64,000 bases of DNA from an uncultured Sediminibacterium sp. GTDB lineage: Bacteria; Bacteroidota; Bacteroidia; Chitinophagales; Chitinophagaceae. Of the stretch, positions 47,590 through 57,379 are shown piece by piece (position 1 is the first letter of the stretch; each line of letters begins with the position of its first letter). Where the stretch lies: assembly GCA_964507525.1 (NCBI GenBank), contig CAZDQB010000005.1, positions 45,058 to 109,057 on the forward strand. Reading direction: 5' to 3'. Both the position numbers and the translations under genes were made by a program. The notes beneath the pieces are model-generated. The model was not told the DNA's origin. It searched no databases and saw only the letters and a program-made list of their open reading frames with translations.

Positions 47590-50064
47590 ATGATTAAGAA
47601 AAGTTTGACTGATAAAGTGCTGTGGTGCTTCCTGCTGATTTTTTCGGGGATAGTACAATTGCAGGTAAATGCACAGGTTAATTTTAAAACCCGGCAATGG
47701 AGCCTGCAATTGGATGCTTCAGGTAAGCTAACCAGTATGAAGAGCATTAAGCTGCAGAAAGAATTTCTGGTGGCGGATAAAGCTGCGGCATTGATGAGCA
47801 TAAAAACGGATGGAAAAATACTGGCACCCCAAAGCAGCGTGTGGAAGGCAAAAAACTCGGAGTTGATCTTGACATACCCGAAGGTTGGGGTAGAAGCAAG
47901 GGTAAAAGTGCAGCAGCAGGAAAACTACCTGAGCTTTGAACTAGTCGGGTTGACAAAGGCTGAAACAATTGATTTAATATTGTGGGGTCCATATCCTACC
48001 AGTATAGCCGATACGGTGGGAGAAGTGGTGGGCGTTGTGCGCAACAAAGATTTTGCGATCGGTATCCAGGCGCTGAATGTAAAAACGCTGGGTGGTTATC
48101 CCAATGCGGAAAGCGACATTGAGCCATCGTATGATGTGTTTGCAGGAGGCAACAAAGTGGATGTGAAGCAGGATGACATGCACAAGCAATTGTTCCGGGG
48201 CGATGTGGCCCGTCCCACCGAATACGGTTCTGTACTTCAGGCATATTGCCGTAACAGGAACAAGACCCGGGTCATTGAAAATTGGGGACATACATCTTAT
48301 CTGGCGCCGGCATTTAATGATGGAGGTGTACTGGGCAGTAAGATCGCCCTTTTCGGAGTGGCTGATGCCGATGCGTTGTCAACAATTTCACAGATAGAAC
48401 TGAAGGAAGGATTGCCTCATCCCCTGCTTGACGGCAAATGGGGAAAGCAGGCCGTCACGGCCTCCGAATCCTACCTTATCATGGATTTTGGGGTTGATAA
48501 TCTACAGGAGGCGATGGCAGTAACCCGGCAGGCGGGACTTCGTTATCTCTATCATGGCGATCCCTTTGAAACCTGGGGACACTTTAAGTTACACAGCAAA
48601 GCATTTCCGCAAAACTGGGCCAGTATGAAACAGTGCGTGGCAATGGCCAGGGAAAAAGGATTGAGACTGGGTGTTCACACTTTGTCCAACTTTATTACTA
48701 CCAACGATCCCTATGTGACCCCCCTACCTGATGCCCGCCTCGCGAAAGTGGGTTATACAAGGCTTAGTGCAGCCGTTGATGCCAACGCAAAGGAAATCGG
48801 AATTGAAGATCCTGTTTTTTTTAACCAGTTTCAAAACAATACACTGAAGGCGGCTGAGATCGGCAATGAAATCATTCGGTATGGTGCGGTGTCCGCATCA
48901 ACTCCCTGGAAACTGCTCGATTGCCAGCGGGGGGTCTTTGGTACTAACGCTGCGGAACACTCGAAAAGTGATACGATCGGCAAACTGATGGATCATCCTT
49001 ACAAAGTATTTCTTACCAGTTATGCACTGCAGGAAGAAATGGCAAAGACCATTGCGCGGCTCTTTAATGAAACGGGTCTGATGCAGCTATCTTTTGACGG
49101 ACTTGAAGGTTGTTGGTCTTCTGGTATGGGCCAATACGCCAGGCACCTATTTACGAAAACCTGGTACGATAATCTTAAACCTGAATTGAAAGGAGCAGTG
49201 ATTAATGATGCCAGCATGCCGGGTCATTACTTCTGGCATATTTATACAAGAATGAACTGGGGCGAACCCTGGTATGCCGGCTTTAGGGAAAGCCAGCTGC
49301 AATTGCGTCTCAAAAACCAACAGTTCTTCCGCCGCAACCTGATGCCTGCCATGCTGGGTTGGTTCAGCCTTCGTCCAGAAACCACACCCGAAGATATAGA
49401 ATGGATGCTAGCCATGGGCGCCGGTTATCATGCGGGCTTTGGCTTATCAACCAGTTTGGAAACATTGCGTAAACATGGAAAGAAAGATGAGATGCTTGCA
49501 CTGATAAAAATATGGGAACAGGTACGCATGAACAGCCTATTTAGCGAAACACAAAAAGAACGCATGCGGAGCCTGAGGAACGAATTTCACCTGGAGATGG
49601 CCGGCGATCATGCTTATAAACTAACCCCGGTGTACAACGCTTACTTCAAACACACCCAGCAATTGAAGCAGCCCGGCGAGCCCGTGTTTTCTACTTTTAC
49701 TTTTAATAATCCAGCTACCACTCAGCCTGCTGCTTTTATTATTACGCTGGCGACTGGTAAAGAATTCGATCCGGACGTCAGTTTCGATCAAATATCCATA
49801 GCTATCAACCGGCAGGACGCATTAGCACTACCGGTGAGTTTGAAAAGGAATCAGATCTTAAAATGCGATGGTAAATCGGTGCAGTTATACAACAAACAGT
49901 GGCAGTTGCTGCAAACCGTTGCGTTAAACAAGTGTTTACCCAATTTAAACAATGGCATAAACGAAATTGTTTTCGATGGAAAATATTCTGGCGAAAACGG
50001 GGCTGATGTGAAACTGGAGATTCGCGTCAACGGTGAGCCGGAGCTAATTCAGAAAAAACAATAA
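47590..50064 (+). CDS. Secreted protein of unknown family (824 aa); paralog of 44966-47518
   Basis: Signal peptide ...IFSGIVQLQVNAQ. See the shared blocks listed for 44966-47518. Confidence 0.8.
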   Translation: MIKKSLTDKVLWCFLLIFSGIVQLQVNAQVNFKTRQWSLQLDASGKLTSMKSIKLQKEFLVADKAAALMSIKTDGKILAPQSSVWKAKNSELILTYPKVGVEARVKVQQQENYLSFELVGLTKAETIDLILWGPYPTSIADTVGEVVGVVRNKDFAIGIQALNVKTLGGYPNAESDIEPSYDVFAGGNKVDVKQDDMHKQLFRGDVARPTEYGSVLQAYCRNRNKTRVIENWGHTSYLAPAFNDGGVLGSKIALFGVADADALSTISQIELKEGLPHPLLDGKWGKQAVTASESYLIMDFGVDNLQEAMAVTRQAGLRYLYHGDPFETWGHFKLHSKAFPQNWASMKQCVAMAREKGLRLGVHTLSNFITTNDPYVTPLPDARLAKVGYTRLSAAVDANAKEIGIEDPVFFNQFQNNTLKAAEIGNEIIRYGAVSASTPWKLLDCQRGVFGTNAAEHSKSDTIGKLMDHPYKVFLTSYALQEEMAKTIARLFNETGLMQLSFDGLEGCWSSGMGQYARHLFTKTWYDNLKPELKGAVINDASMPGHYFWHIYTRMNWGEPWYAGFRESQLQLRLKNQQFFRRNLMPAMLGWFSLRPETTPEDIEWMLAMGAGYHAGFGLSTSLETLRKHGKKDEMLALIKIWEQVRMNSLFSETQKERMRSLRNEFHLEMAGDHAYKLTPVYNAYFKHTQQLKQPGEPVFSTFTFNNPATTQPAAFIITLATGKEFDPDVSFDQISIAINRQDALALPVSLKRNQILKCDGKSVQLYNKQWQLLQTVALNKCLPNLNNGINEIVFDGKYSGENGADVKLEIRVNGEPELIQKKQ

Positions 50065-50084
50065 TGCGTTAATTCAATATAGCA

Positions 50085-52703
50085 ATGAAGAAACTGGTAT
50101 TCAGTATTTTGTTGAGCTGCTTCGGCATTAGCCTGCTTCAGGCTCAGACGTACAAAACTTATCCCATGTGGCATGCTTCCCTGCCCATTGAGCAGCGCGT
50201 GAACGATTTGGTTAGTCGATTGACACTGGAAGAAAAAGTGGCGCAGATGTTGAACGCAGCGCCGGCGATACCTCGCCTGGGTGTGCCTGCTTATGAGTGG
50301 TGGAATGAAATATTGCATGGAGTGGCACGTACTCCCTATAAAACTACCGTGTTTCCACAAGCTATTGGTATGGCTGCAACATGGGATACTGCTTCGCTTA
50401 AACTGATGGCACATTACTCGGGTATGGAAGGGCGAGCCATTAACAACAAAGCCGTTGCTGAAGGAAAAACCAAAGACCGCTACCACGGACTTACTTACTG
50501 GACACCCAACATCAATATCTTCCGTGATCCCAGATGGGGAAGGGGACAGGAGACCTACGGAGAAGATCCGTTCCTTACAGCAAAATTAGGCGCTGCATTT
50601 GTTCGGGGCTTACAAGGCGATGATCCGAACTACCTGCTGGCTGCCGCATGTGCTAAACATTATGCGGTACATAGCGGACCAGAGCCAAGCAGGCATACCG
50701 ATAACCTCAATCCCTCTTCCTATGATTTGTGGGATACCTACTTGCCTGCTTTTAAAGAGCTGGTGGTTAAGGCAAAAGTGGCCGGCGTTATGTGTGCTTA
50801 CAATGCGCTAAATGGCCAACCCTGTTGTGGCAATGATCTGCTGATGACGGATATTTTGCGTAACCAGTGGAAGTTTACCGGTTATGTAACCAGCGACTGC
50901 TGGGCTATTGATGATTTCGTGAAGTTTCATAAAACACATGCCACAAGAGTATCGGCCGCTGCCGATGCAGTGATGCATGGGACCGATGTGGAATGTGGAA
51001 CAGCGGTGTATAAAACGCTCGTAGATGCGGTGAGACAGGGACTTATTTCCGAAAAGCAGATTGATCTGTCGCTGAAACGTTTATTTACCATTCGCTATCG
51101 CCTTGGTATGTTCGATCCGCCGCAAAAGGTGAAATACACGAATATACCTTTTAGCACTTTGGAAGCGCCAGAACACAAAGCGCATGCATTGAAAATGGCG
51201 CAGCAGTCGATCGTATTGCTGAAAAATGAACACCAGTTGTTACCTCTTCATAAGCATATCAAAAAGATTGCAGTCATTGGCCCGAATGCCGATAATCGCA
51301 TTGCGCTGCTGGGCAATTACAATGGCTTCCCTTCCCGCATCGTATCGCTGTTAGAAGGTATTAAAGAGAAATTTGGTCCAGCTGTGGCCGTGCAATATCA
51401 GGCTGGTGTCGGTTATACTTCCGATGTTTTGTTTACACCCGACATGGATGCTTCATTTTATTCCTTCAATCGGAAAGCGGGTATCCAGGCGCAATATTTT
51501 AACAATGAAAAGCTAGAAGGAAAACCTGACTATGAAACTACGCTTAGCGATATTAATTTTTATTACACCGAAGGTCAGCAACCTGCGCCTGCCGTGAATG
51601 CCCGTCATTTTTCTGTACGCTTTACTTCTATGGTTACCATAAACAAAGATACTACACTGCTATGGCAAATGGAAGGCGATGACGGTTACCGGCTTTTCAT
51701 CAACGACAGCCTGGTGCTGAATGCATGGCGTGGTGAAACTGCCGTACGCGATTTTAAATGGAAAGCGCAGCAGGGTAAAACGTATAAAATGGTATTGGAG
51801 TACTGGCAAAGCGAAGATGGCGCCCGGGTTCGTATGCAGAAGGGTTCATATAAAAAAGCGGATATGGCTGCGATTGCAACAAAAGCTGCCGATGCCGATG
51901 TAATCGTTTTTGCTGGCGGCATTTCGCCCGAGTTGGAAGGAGAGGAAATGTCTGTAAATGCTTCCGGTTTTTACGGTGGCGACCGCACATCAATACTGCT
52001 GCCGGCTGTGCAAACGGAATTAATGAAACAATTAAAAGCTACTGGCAAACCGGTGGTGTTTGTGATGCTTGCCGGCAGTGCGATAGCTACTACCTGGGAG
52101 CAGGAAAATATTCCCGCCATTGTAAATGCCTGGTATGGCGGACAAAGTGCCGGAACCGCCATTGCCGATGTATTGTTTGGCGATTACAATCCTGGAGGTC
52201 GCCTGCCTGTTACATTTTATAAGCGTGATGCAGACCTGCCCGACTTTAAGGATTATAACATGGAAGAACATACGTATCGTTACTTCAAAGGCGAGGTGTT
52301 GTATCCTTTTGGTTATGGACTGAGCTATACTACTTTCAACTACGGAAAATTAAATGTGCGGAAGGAAGTTAAAAAAGAAGCATCCGTTATTGTTTCAACC
52401 AGGGTGACCAATACGGGTAAGTATGATGGAGATGAGGTGGTACAGTTGTACCTGTCTTACCCCGATGTAAAAGGAAAAGCGCCTGTCCGTGCATTGAAAG
52501 GATTTCAGCGTATTCATTTGAGGAAAGACGAAACAAAACGGATGCAGTTTGTGCTTGGCCCCGAACAGTTGATGTTGGTAAATGAAGCGGGACAATTGTA
52601 CCAACCAGCCGGAAAATTATTGATTAGTGTTGGTGGAGGGCAGCCCGGCATGAAACAAACAGGTGCGTCTCCTGTAGTACAAGAGACCGTACAAATTAAG
52701 TAA
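50085..52703 (+). CDS. GH3 family beta-glycosidase (beta-glucosidase/xylosidase type) with an inserted PA14 domain
   Basis: Signal peptide ...GISLLQAQ. GH3 blocks NIFRDPRWGRGQETYGEDP, KHYAVHSGPE and GYVTSDCWAI (nucleophile Asp). The PA14-like insert is GIQAQYFNNEKLEGKP...MEGDDGYRLFINDSLVLNAW. C-terminal Fn3-like domain VVQLYLSYP...ALKGFQRIHL. Confidence 0.88.
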   Translation: MKKLVFSILLSCFGISLLQAQTYKTYPMWHASLPIEQRVNDLVSRLTLEEKVAQMLNAAPAIPRLGVPAYEWWNEILHGVARTPYKTTVFPQAIGMAATWDTASLKLMAHYSGMEGRAINNKAVAEGKTKDRYHGLTYWTPNINIFRDPRWGRGQETYGEDPFLTAKLGAAFVRGLQGDDPNYLLAAACAKHYAVHSGPEPSRHTDNLNPSSYDLWDTYLPAFKELVVKAKVAGVMCAYNALNGQPCCGNDLLMTDILRNQWKFTGYVTSDCWAIDDFVKFHKTHATRVSAAADAVMHGTDVECGTAVYKTLVDAVRQGLISEKQIDLSLKRLFTIRYRLGMFDPPQKVKYTNIPFSTLEAPEHKAHALKMAQQSIVLLKNEHQLLPLHKHIKKIAVIGPNADNRIALLGNYNGFPSRIVSLLEGIKEKFGPAVAVQYQAGVGYTSDVLFTPDMDASFYSFNRKAGIQAQYFNNEKLEGKPDYETTLSDINFYYTEGQQPAPAVNARHFSVRFTSMVTINKDTTLLWQMEGDDGYRLFINDSLVLNAWRGETAVRDFKWKAQQGKTYKMVLEYWQSEDGARVRMQKGSYKKADMAAIATKAADADVIVFAGGISPELEGEEMSVNASGFYGGDRTSILLPAVQTELMKQLKATGKPVVFVMLAGSAIATTWEQENIPAIVNAWYGGQSAGTAIADVLFGDYNPGGRLPVTFYKRDADLPDFKDYNMEEHTYRYFKGEVLYPFGYGLSYTTFNYGKLNVRKEVKKEASVIVSTRVTNTGKYDGDEVVQLYLSYPDVKGKAPVRALKGFQRIHLRKDETKRMQFVLGPEQLMLVNEAGQLYQPAGKLLISVGGGQPGMKQTGASPVVQETVQIK

Positions 52704-52771
52704 ACGCATAGGGATAGGAATCTATGTTTGAAAACAACCAATTCTATTTTGTGCATATTAATAAGAATCAA

Positions 52772-55108
52772 ATGAAAGGGTATATGCGAAAATGTTACCT
52801 GCTTTTGACTGTGGGTGTTTTGGGGCAAATAAACCTGCATGCGCAGTTTAGCAAAGAAGCAGCAGTACAGCGAATGCTGCAATCAGTAAGCGGCAGCATG
52901 CGGCTAAGCATACAACAATATTCCGGCACCAACCTGGTAGCTGAAAAAATATTTCAGCAAAATAAACTTCAATCCAACGGTGAAAGCTGGCAGTTGCAAT
53001 TGCAAACTGCGAAAGTGACCGGGCACCCCGAGGCAGTGGATGTTACGGCGGGGTTCACTTTGGAAAAAGGAACAGCTCCTGCTACGGCTGCAGCGGTTTC
53101 CTTTGATTTCAGTAACTGGAGCCGGGATAATTACGTGCTGGTGCCTGCCATTGTGTATAATGGTAACCGTTATCACGCAATCGGTACATCGTACAACCCT
53201 CCTTATCCCAAGGAAATGTATTATAACCCGAAAGTGCCGCTCACCATTTCCAATAATCCACGGCTTTCCATCGAGAAGGGAAAAGCTTCAGTTGTAGCAT
53301 TGCAAACAACAAATACGGCCACACCGGCCATCTGCTTTTATTCTCCGACGGCGCAGCAGGGTTTTATTGTACTCACCGACCAGCAATCGAAATGGGGCAA
53401 TCATGGTTTAACGATTGCAGAGAATGCAACACAGGATAGTTGCCGTTTCAGCATAACATCTCCTTCTGTACGAAAGCTGGCGGCTGGATTTGGCGATTTT
53501 CATTCCAGTGGTGATACAGCGCCCGACTGGAAAGCCGGTGATGCCCTCACACTGCGTTTCAGGATTTATGTTTTCCAAGCCAATAGTATTCCTGATCTGC
53601 TCTCCAAATTCATGAAAGTGCGGAAAGCGTTTATAGGTCCCACTCATCCCCGCAACCAGCTTCCCATGAGCAGGCAGGTGGAAATGGCCACTACCATTTG
53701 CAGCAACAATTTTGTAACTGTGCCTGCAGGCAGTTATTATCTGCCCGAAAACAATAAAGATTTTCAGTTGGGATGGGTAAGCGGAATGATGAACAGTTAT
53801 CCTATGCTTGCGCTCAATAATGAAAAAGAACGCAACCGGGTAGCTGCTGAACTTGATTTTGTGGTGAACAGATTGCAGGGCAAGAGTGGCTATTTCTATG
53901 GAGGCATTACAGCCAATGGCGCGCTGCGTCCGGAAAAAATGCATCCCGATTTTCCGGCTATACAGGCCATGGTGCGTAAAAACAGCGATGCATTACTGTG
54001 GCTGATGAAGCATCTGCTTCTGCTTAAAGCGCAAGGCTATGGCAGTATGATTAAACCTGAATGGGAAAATGCGGCCCGTAAACTTGCAGCAGCATTTACT
54101 GCTACCTGGAAAAAAGATGGCGAGTTTGGACAATTCATTGCGCCCGAAACCGGCGAAATAGCCGTGTATAATTCCACTGCGGGCGCCATTGCTCCGGCAG
54201 GATTGGCCATTGCTTCTGCCTATTTTAAAGAACCGGAATGGTTGAAGGTGGCAAAAGCAGCGGCAAATTTTTATTTCAACCGGGATGTGGCAAAGCAGGG
54301 ACTGACCGGTGGTGATTGCGGCGATATTTCGATGGATGCCAATTCTGAATCGGCTTTTGGATTCTTGGAGTCATTAATGGCGCTTTATTATTTCACGGGC
54401 AATAAAAGCTGGCTGCAAAAAGCCGAAGTGCAGGCTGCTCTTTGCGCCACCTGGACCATTTCTTACGACCCTGTTTTTCCGGCACAAAGTCAAATCGGTA
54501 AATTGAAATGCAACATGGCAGGAGCCGTTTGGGCCAGCATTCAAAACAAGCATGCGGCGCCGGGCATTTGCACGGCATCGGGCGATTACCTGTTTAAATT
54601 ATTCCGTGCCACAGATAATACGTTGTATGCCGACCTGATAAGGGATATACAACATGCGCATGCCGAAGCGGTGAACATGCCACCTGATCACATAACTGCC
54701 AGCCAACTGGTGGGTTCAAGTATGGAACGCATTCAGCCCAGTGATGCGGAAGGAAAAGGAAGTATCGGCAACTTTATCAATACCCGCAACTCATGGACGG
54801 AAACCAACGGTGTGCTGATGGGGCTGGAACTGCCGGGCATTTATCTGCAAACCGATAAAAAGAAATTGTATGTATTCGACCATATTGCAACAAAAATCAT
54901 TAAACGGGATGCAAAGGGAATAGTGCTGCTGTTAAAGAATAAAACCATGTATGACGCCAGCGTGTCGGTGTTTGCAGAAACCAGTGTGCAGGCCGCCAAA
55001 CCTTTGGGTTATACGAATTTTCCCAACTGGCCCAAAATAACAGTGAAGGCAGGTGAAAGCCTTCAACTGTTAGTGAGCAAAAATGGCAAGATCAGCCCAA
55101 TGCCCTGA
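52772..55108 (+). CDS. Secreted protein of unknown family (~778 aa); candidate glycan-active enzyme
   Basis: The track ORF starts at 52724. The ATG at 52772 gives MKGYMRKCYLLLTVGVLGQINLHAQ. I recognise no family motif. The C-terminal half is helix-rich by composition, a possible alpha/alpha toroid (weak inference). Confidence 0.75.
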   Translation: MKGYMRKCYLLLTVGVLGQINLHAQFSKEAAVQRMLQSVSGSMRLSIQQYSGTNLVAEKIFQQNKLQSNGESWQLQLQTAKVTGHPEAVDVTAGFTLEKGTAPATAAAVSFDFSNWSRDNYVLVPAIVYNGNRYHAIGTSYNPPYPKEMYYNPKVPLTISNNPRLSIEKGKASVVALQTTNTATPAICFYSPTAQQGFIVLTDQQSKWGNHGLTIAENATQDSCRFSITSPSVRKLAAGFGDFHSSGDTAPDWKAGDALTLRFRIYVFQANSIPDLLSKFMKVRKAFIGPTHPRNQLPMSRQVEMATTICSNNFVTVPAGSYYLPENNKDFQLGWVSGMMNSYPMLALNNEKERNRVAAELDFVVNRLQGKSGYFYGGITANGALRPEKMHPDFPAIQAMVRKNSDALLWLMKHLLLLKAQGYGSMIKPEWENAARKLAAAFTATWKKDGEFGQFIAPETGEIAVYNSTAGAIAPAGLAIASAYFKEPEWLKVAKAAANFYFNRDVAKQGLTGGDCGDISMDANSESAFGFLESLMALYYFTGNKSWLQKAEVQAALCATWTISYDPVFPAQSQIGKLKCNMAGAVWASIQNKHAAPGICTASGDYLFKLFRATDNTLYADLIRDIQHAHAEAVNMPPDHITASQLVGSSMERIQPSDAEGKGSIGNFINTRNSWTETNGVLMGLELPGIYLQTDKKKLYVFDHIATKIIKRDAKGIVLLLKNKTMYDASVSVFAETSVQAAKPLGYTNFPNWPKITVKAGESLQLLVSKNGKISPMP

Positions 55109-55129
55109 AACATCATGCACTCCGGATTT

Positions 55130-55426
55130 TGATAGCTAAATTGAGCCGGGTGATCGTTATGTTCCGGCCCTTATTACAAAAGACGATGAGCTGATTGGGG
55201 AGCTTTGCGTTATAAGGCTAATGACGCCGTTAACTTTATGGAAACGGATTTGGATAAGGGTGAGCAACTGGCGGCCTTTGTGAAGAAAAATGGCAGCGTG
55301 GTTATATTGTTTTATAATCATGGAGAGGAATTGCCAGCGAATATTTTACTGGGCAAACAAAAGGTGCAAACGATACTGCCTGCACGTAAACTGGTTGCAC
55401 TGGAGATAAATAAAATCAAGCTTTAA
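55130..55426 (+). pseudogene. C-terminal remnant of a GH30-like glycosidase
   Basis: The open frame (TTG at 55205) reads ...QLAAFVKKNGSVVILFYNHGEELPANILLGKQKVQTILPARKLVALEI. This resembles the C-terminal beta-sandwich of GH30 enzymes (..AF.N.DGS.VVV..N......V.L.....LPA.S..T). Another frame upstream reads IEPGDRYV (compare FIRPGA.RI). There is no N-terminal catalytic part. Confidence 0.35.
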
Positions 55427-55430
55427 ACCA

Positions 55431-57242
55431 ATGCGATTAAAATATCTTTTGATTTTTATTGTTTCCTCGCTTTGTACTGCAGATACTGTTCTTTCCCAAA
55501 CAATCATTAAAGTGGTTGATTACGGAGTAAGGTCCAATGATCGCAGGAACGCTGCTATGGGGATCAGGAAAGCCATCGAAGCTTGCAAGGCAAAAAAGGA
55601 TGCTATTTTATTGTTGCCGGGCGGCCGCATTGATGTATGGCCGGAAGACGCGGTGGAACGTGAATTGTATATTTCAAACTGTACTGAAAATGATACATCA
55701 TCCAAAGTGAAGAAAATAGCTTTTTCGTTTGAACATTGCAGCAACATCACGCTTGATGGAAACAATAGCCTGGTGGTGTTGCATGGAAAAATGGTTTCGT
55801 TTGCATTGCTCAATAGCTCCAATATTAAGGTCAGGAATATTCAATTCGATTATGAAAGGCCAACTGTATCGGAACTCACTATCCGGTCTGTAAGTGATAG
55901 CGTTATTGAAACTGAAATTCATCCCGATTCAAAATACACCATTGAAAACGGTCGTATCAGTTTTTATGGAGAGGGCTGGCGAAGCAGGTCTTATCATACG
56001 ATCCTGTTTGACTCCCAAAAACAAAGATTGTATTACAGCAGTTTAAACCCTTTGCTCGAAAGCAGGGCTGTGCAGCGCAGCCTTTTACATGTAAGATTTG
56101 AGGGACGTTTCGCCAACGCGAACTATCATATCGGTGATGTGCTTAGTTTCAGGGATCCTTATCGCGATAACTGCGGCGGCTTTATCTCACTTAGCAGGAA
56201 CATAACATTGGAAAACGTGCAGATGCATTTTATGCATGGGCTGGGTATTGTATCACAATTTTCAGAAAATATTTCTTTATTCAAAGTAGCCGTAGCACCG
56301 CGTAAAAACAGCGGCCGGGTGATTGCTTCCTTTGCCGACTGTTTTCATTTTTCAGGGTGCAAAGGCCTGGTAAAAATTGACAGTTGTTTTACTTCTGGTT
56401 CGCATGATGACCCGGTGAATGTGCATGGCACTCATTTGCAGATAACAGCTATCGACTCTACCCAAAAAATAAAAGCCCGCTTCATGCACAACCAGACCTA
56501 TGGTTTTGAAGCTTTCTTTGCAGGCGATAGCATTGCTTTTATCAACCCGCAAACATTAGTGTCTTTAGGTTTTGCTAAACTGAGAACCGCAAAGCTGATC
56601 AACCGGCGGGAGATGGAAATTGAGGTGGAAGGCAATTTAGCTCCCTTTGTTAAGACCGGGCTTTGTGCAGAAAACATTACGTGGACGCCCAAAGTAATCA
56701 TCCGAAACAGCCACTTTGAGCGAACCAACACAAGAGGTTTACTCATCACCACAGGTCGGAAAGTTTTAATCGAGCATAATGTTTTTTATCATGCCGGTAT
56801 GTTTCCCATATTGATCGCCGATGACGCTTCCAGTTGGTTCGAGTCGGGACCGGTGCAGGATGTGACTATTCGAAACAATGTATTTGAAGACTGCGGTTAC
56901 AATTCAGGCAGCGGCGCCATCAATATTGCACCTGAGAACCATGAATTGATCGTGGGCAATATGGTACACCGGAACATTCGCATAGTTGGCAACCGTTTTA
57001 AACTGGTCAATAACACCGTGCTTTCAGCAAGGAGCGTGGACAATCTTTTGTTCGCCAACAATGCGTTTACATACAGCGATCCCTCATCACCACAAAAGAA
57101 AATAGTACTCAATCTAACGGCTTGTAAAAACGTAAATATTCAAAAGAATAACACTGAACAAATCGGGGAGCTGGAAGTGAATGCGACAAAGATGAAGAAG
57201 AGCGATCTGAAAGCTGATTGCAAAGTGAACCTGAAAGAATAA
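55431..57242 (+). CDS. Right-handed beta-helix glycosidase, GH110-like (alpha-1,3-galactosidase B-like)
   Basis: 603 aa with a signal peptide. The N-terminal pattern VVDYGVRSNDRRNAAMGIRKAIEAC...LLLPGGRIDVW...ELYISNCTEND..KKIAFSFEHCSNITLDGNNSLVVLHGKMVSFALLNSSNIKVRNIQFDYERP resembles, from memory, Bacteroides GlaB proteins (YYISNHDQDNPKKVGIALE...LTIDGQGSEFVFYGRMIP). Later PbH1-type repeats: IRNSHFERTNTRG, IRNNVFEDCG, IVGNRF. Confidence 0.6.
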   Translation: MRLKYLLIFIVSSLCTADTVLSQTIIKVVDYGVRSNDRRNAAMGIRKAIEACKAKKDAILLLPGGRIDVWPEDAVERELYISNCTENDTSSKVKKIAFSFEHCSNITLDGNNSLVVLHGKMVSFALLNSSNIKVRNIQFDYERPTVSELTIRSVSDSVIETEIHPDSKYTIENGRISFYGEGWRSRSYHTILFDSQKQRLYYSSLNPLLESRAVQRSLLHVRFEGRFANANYHIGDVLSFRDPYRDNCGGFISLSRNITLENVQMHFMHGLGIVSQFSENISLFKVAVAPRKNSGRVIASFADCFHFSGCKGLVKIDSCFTSGSHDDPVNVHGTHLQITAIDSTQKIKARFMHNQTYGFEAFFAGDSIAFINPQTLVSLGFAKLRTAKLINRREMEIEVEGNLAPFVKTGLCAENITWTPKVIIRNSHFERTNTRGLLITTGRKVLIEHNVFYHAGMFPILIADDASSWFESGPVQDVTIRNNVFEDCGYNSGSGAINIAPENHELIVGNMVHRNIRIVGNRFKLVNNTVLSARSVDNLLFANNAFTYSDPSSPQKKIVLNLTACKNVNIQKNNTEQIGELEVNATKMKKSDLKADCKVNLKE

Positions 57243-57379
57243 TACATCAGATGTTGGACCCTGACTGTGCTAATAGAATAAATACTGTATTTTCATATGG
57301 TCTGATCTCTAAAATTTTTGACAATACAGTTCATGAGTTTATGTGTTTACTAGACTGACAGAAATTATAAACCGAATAC

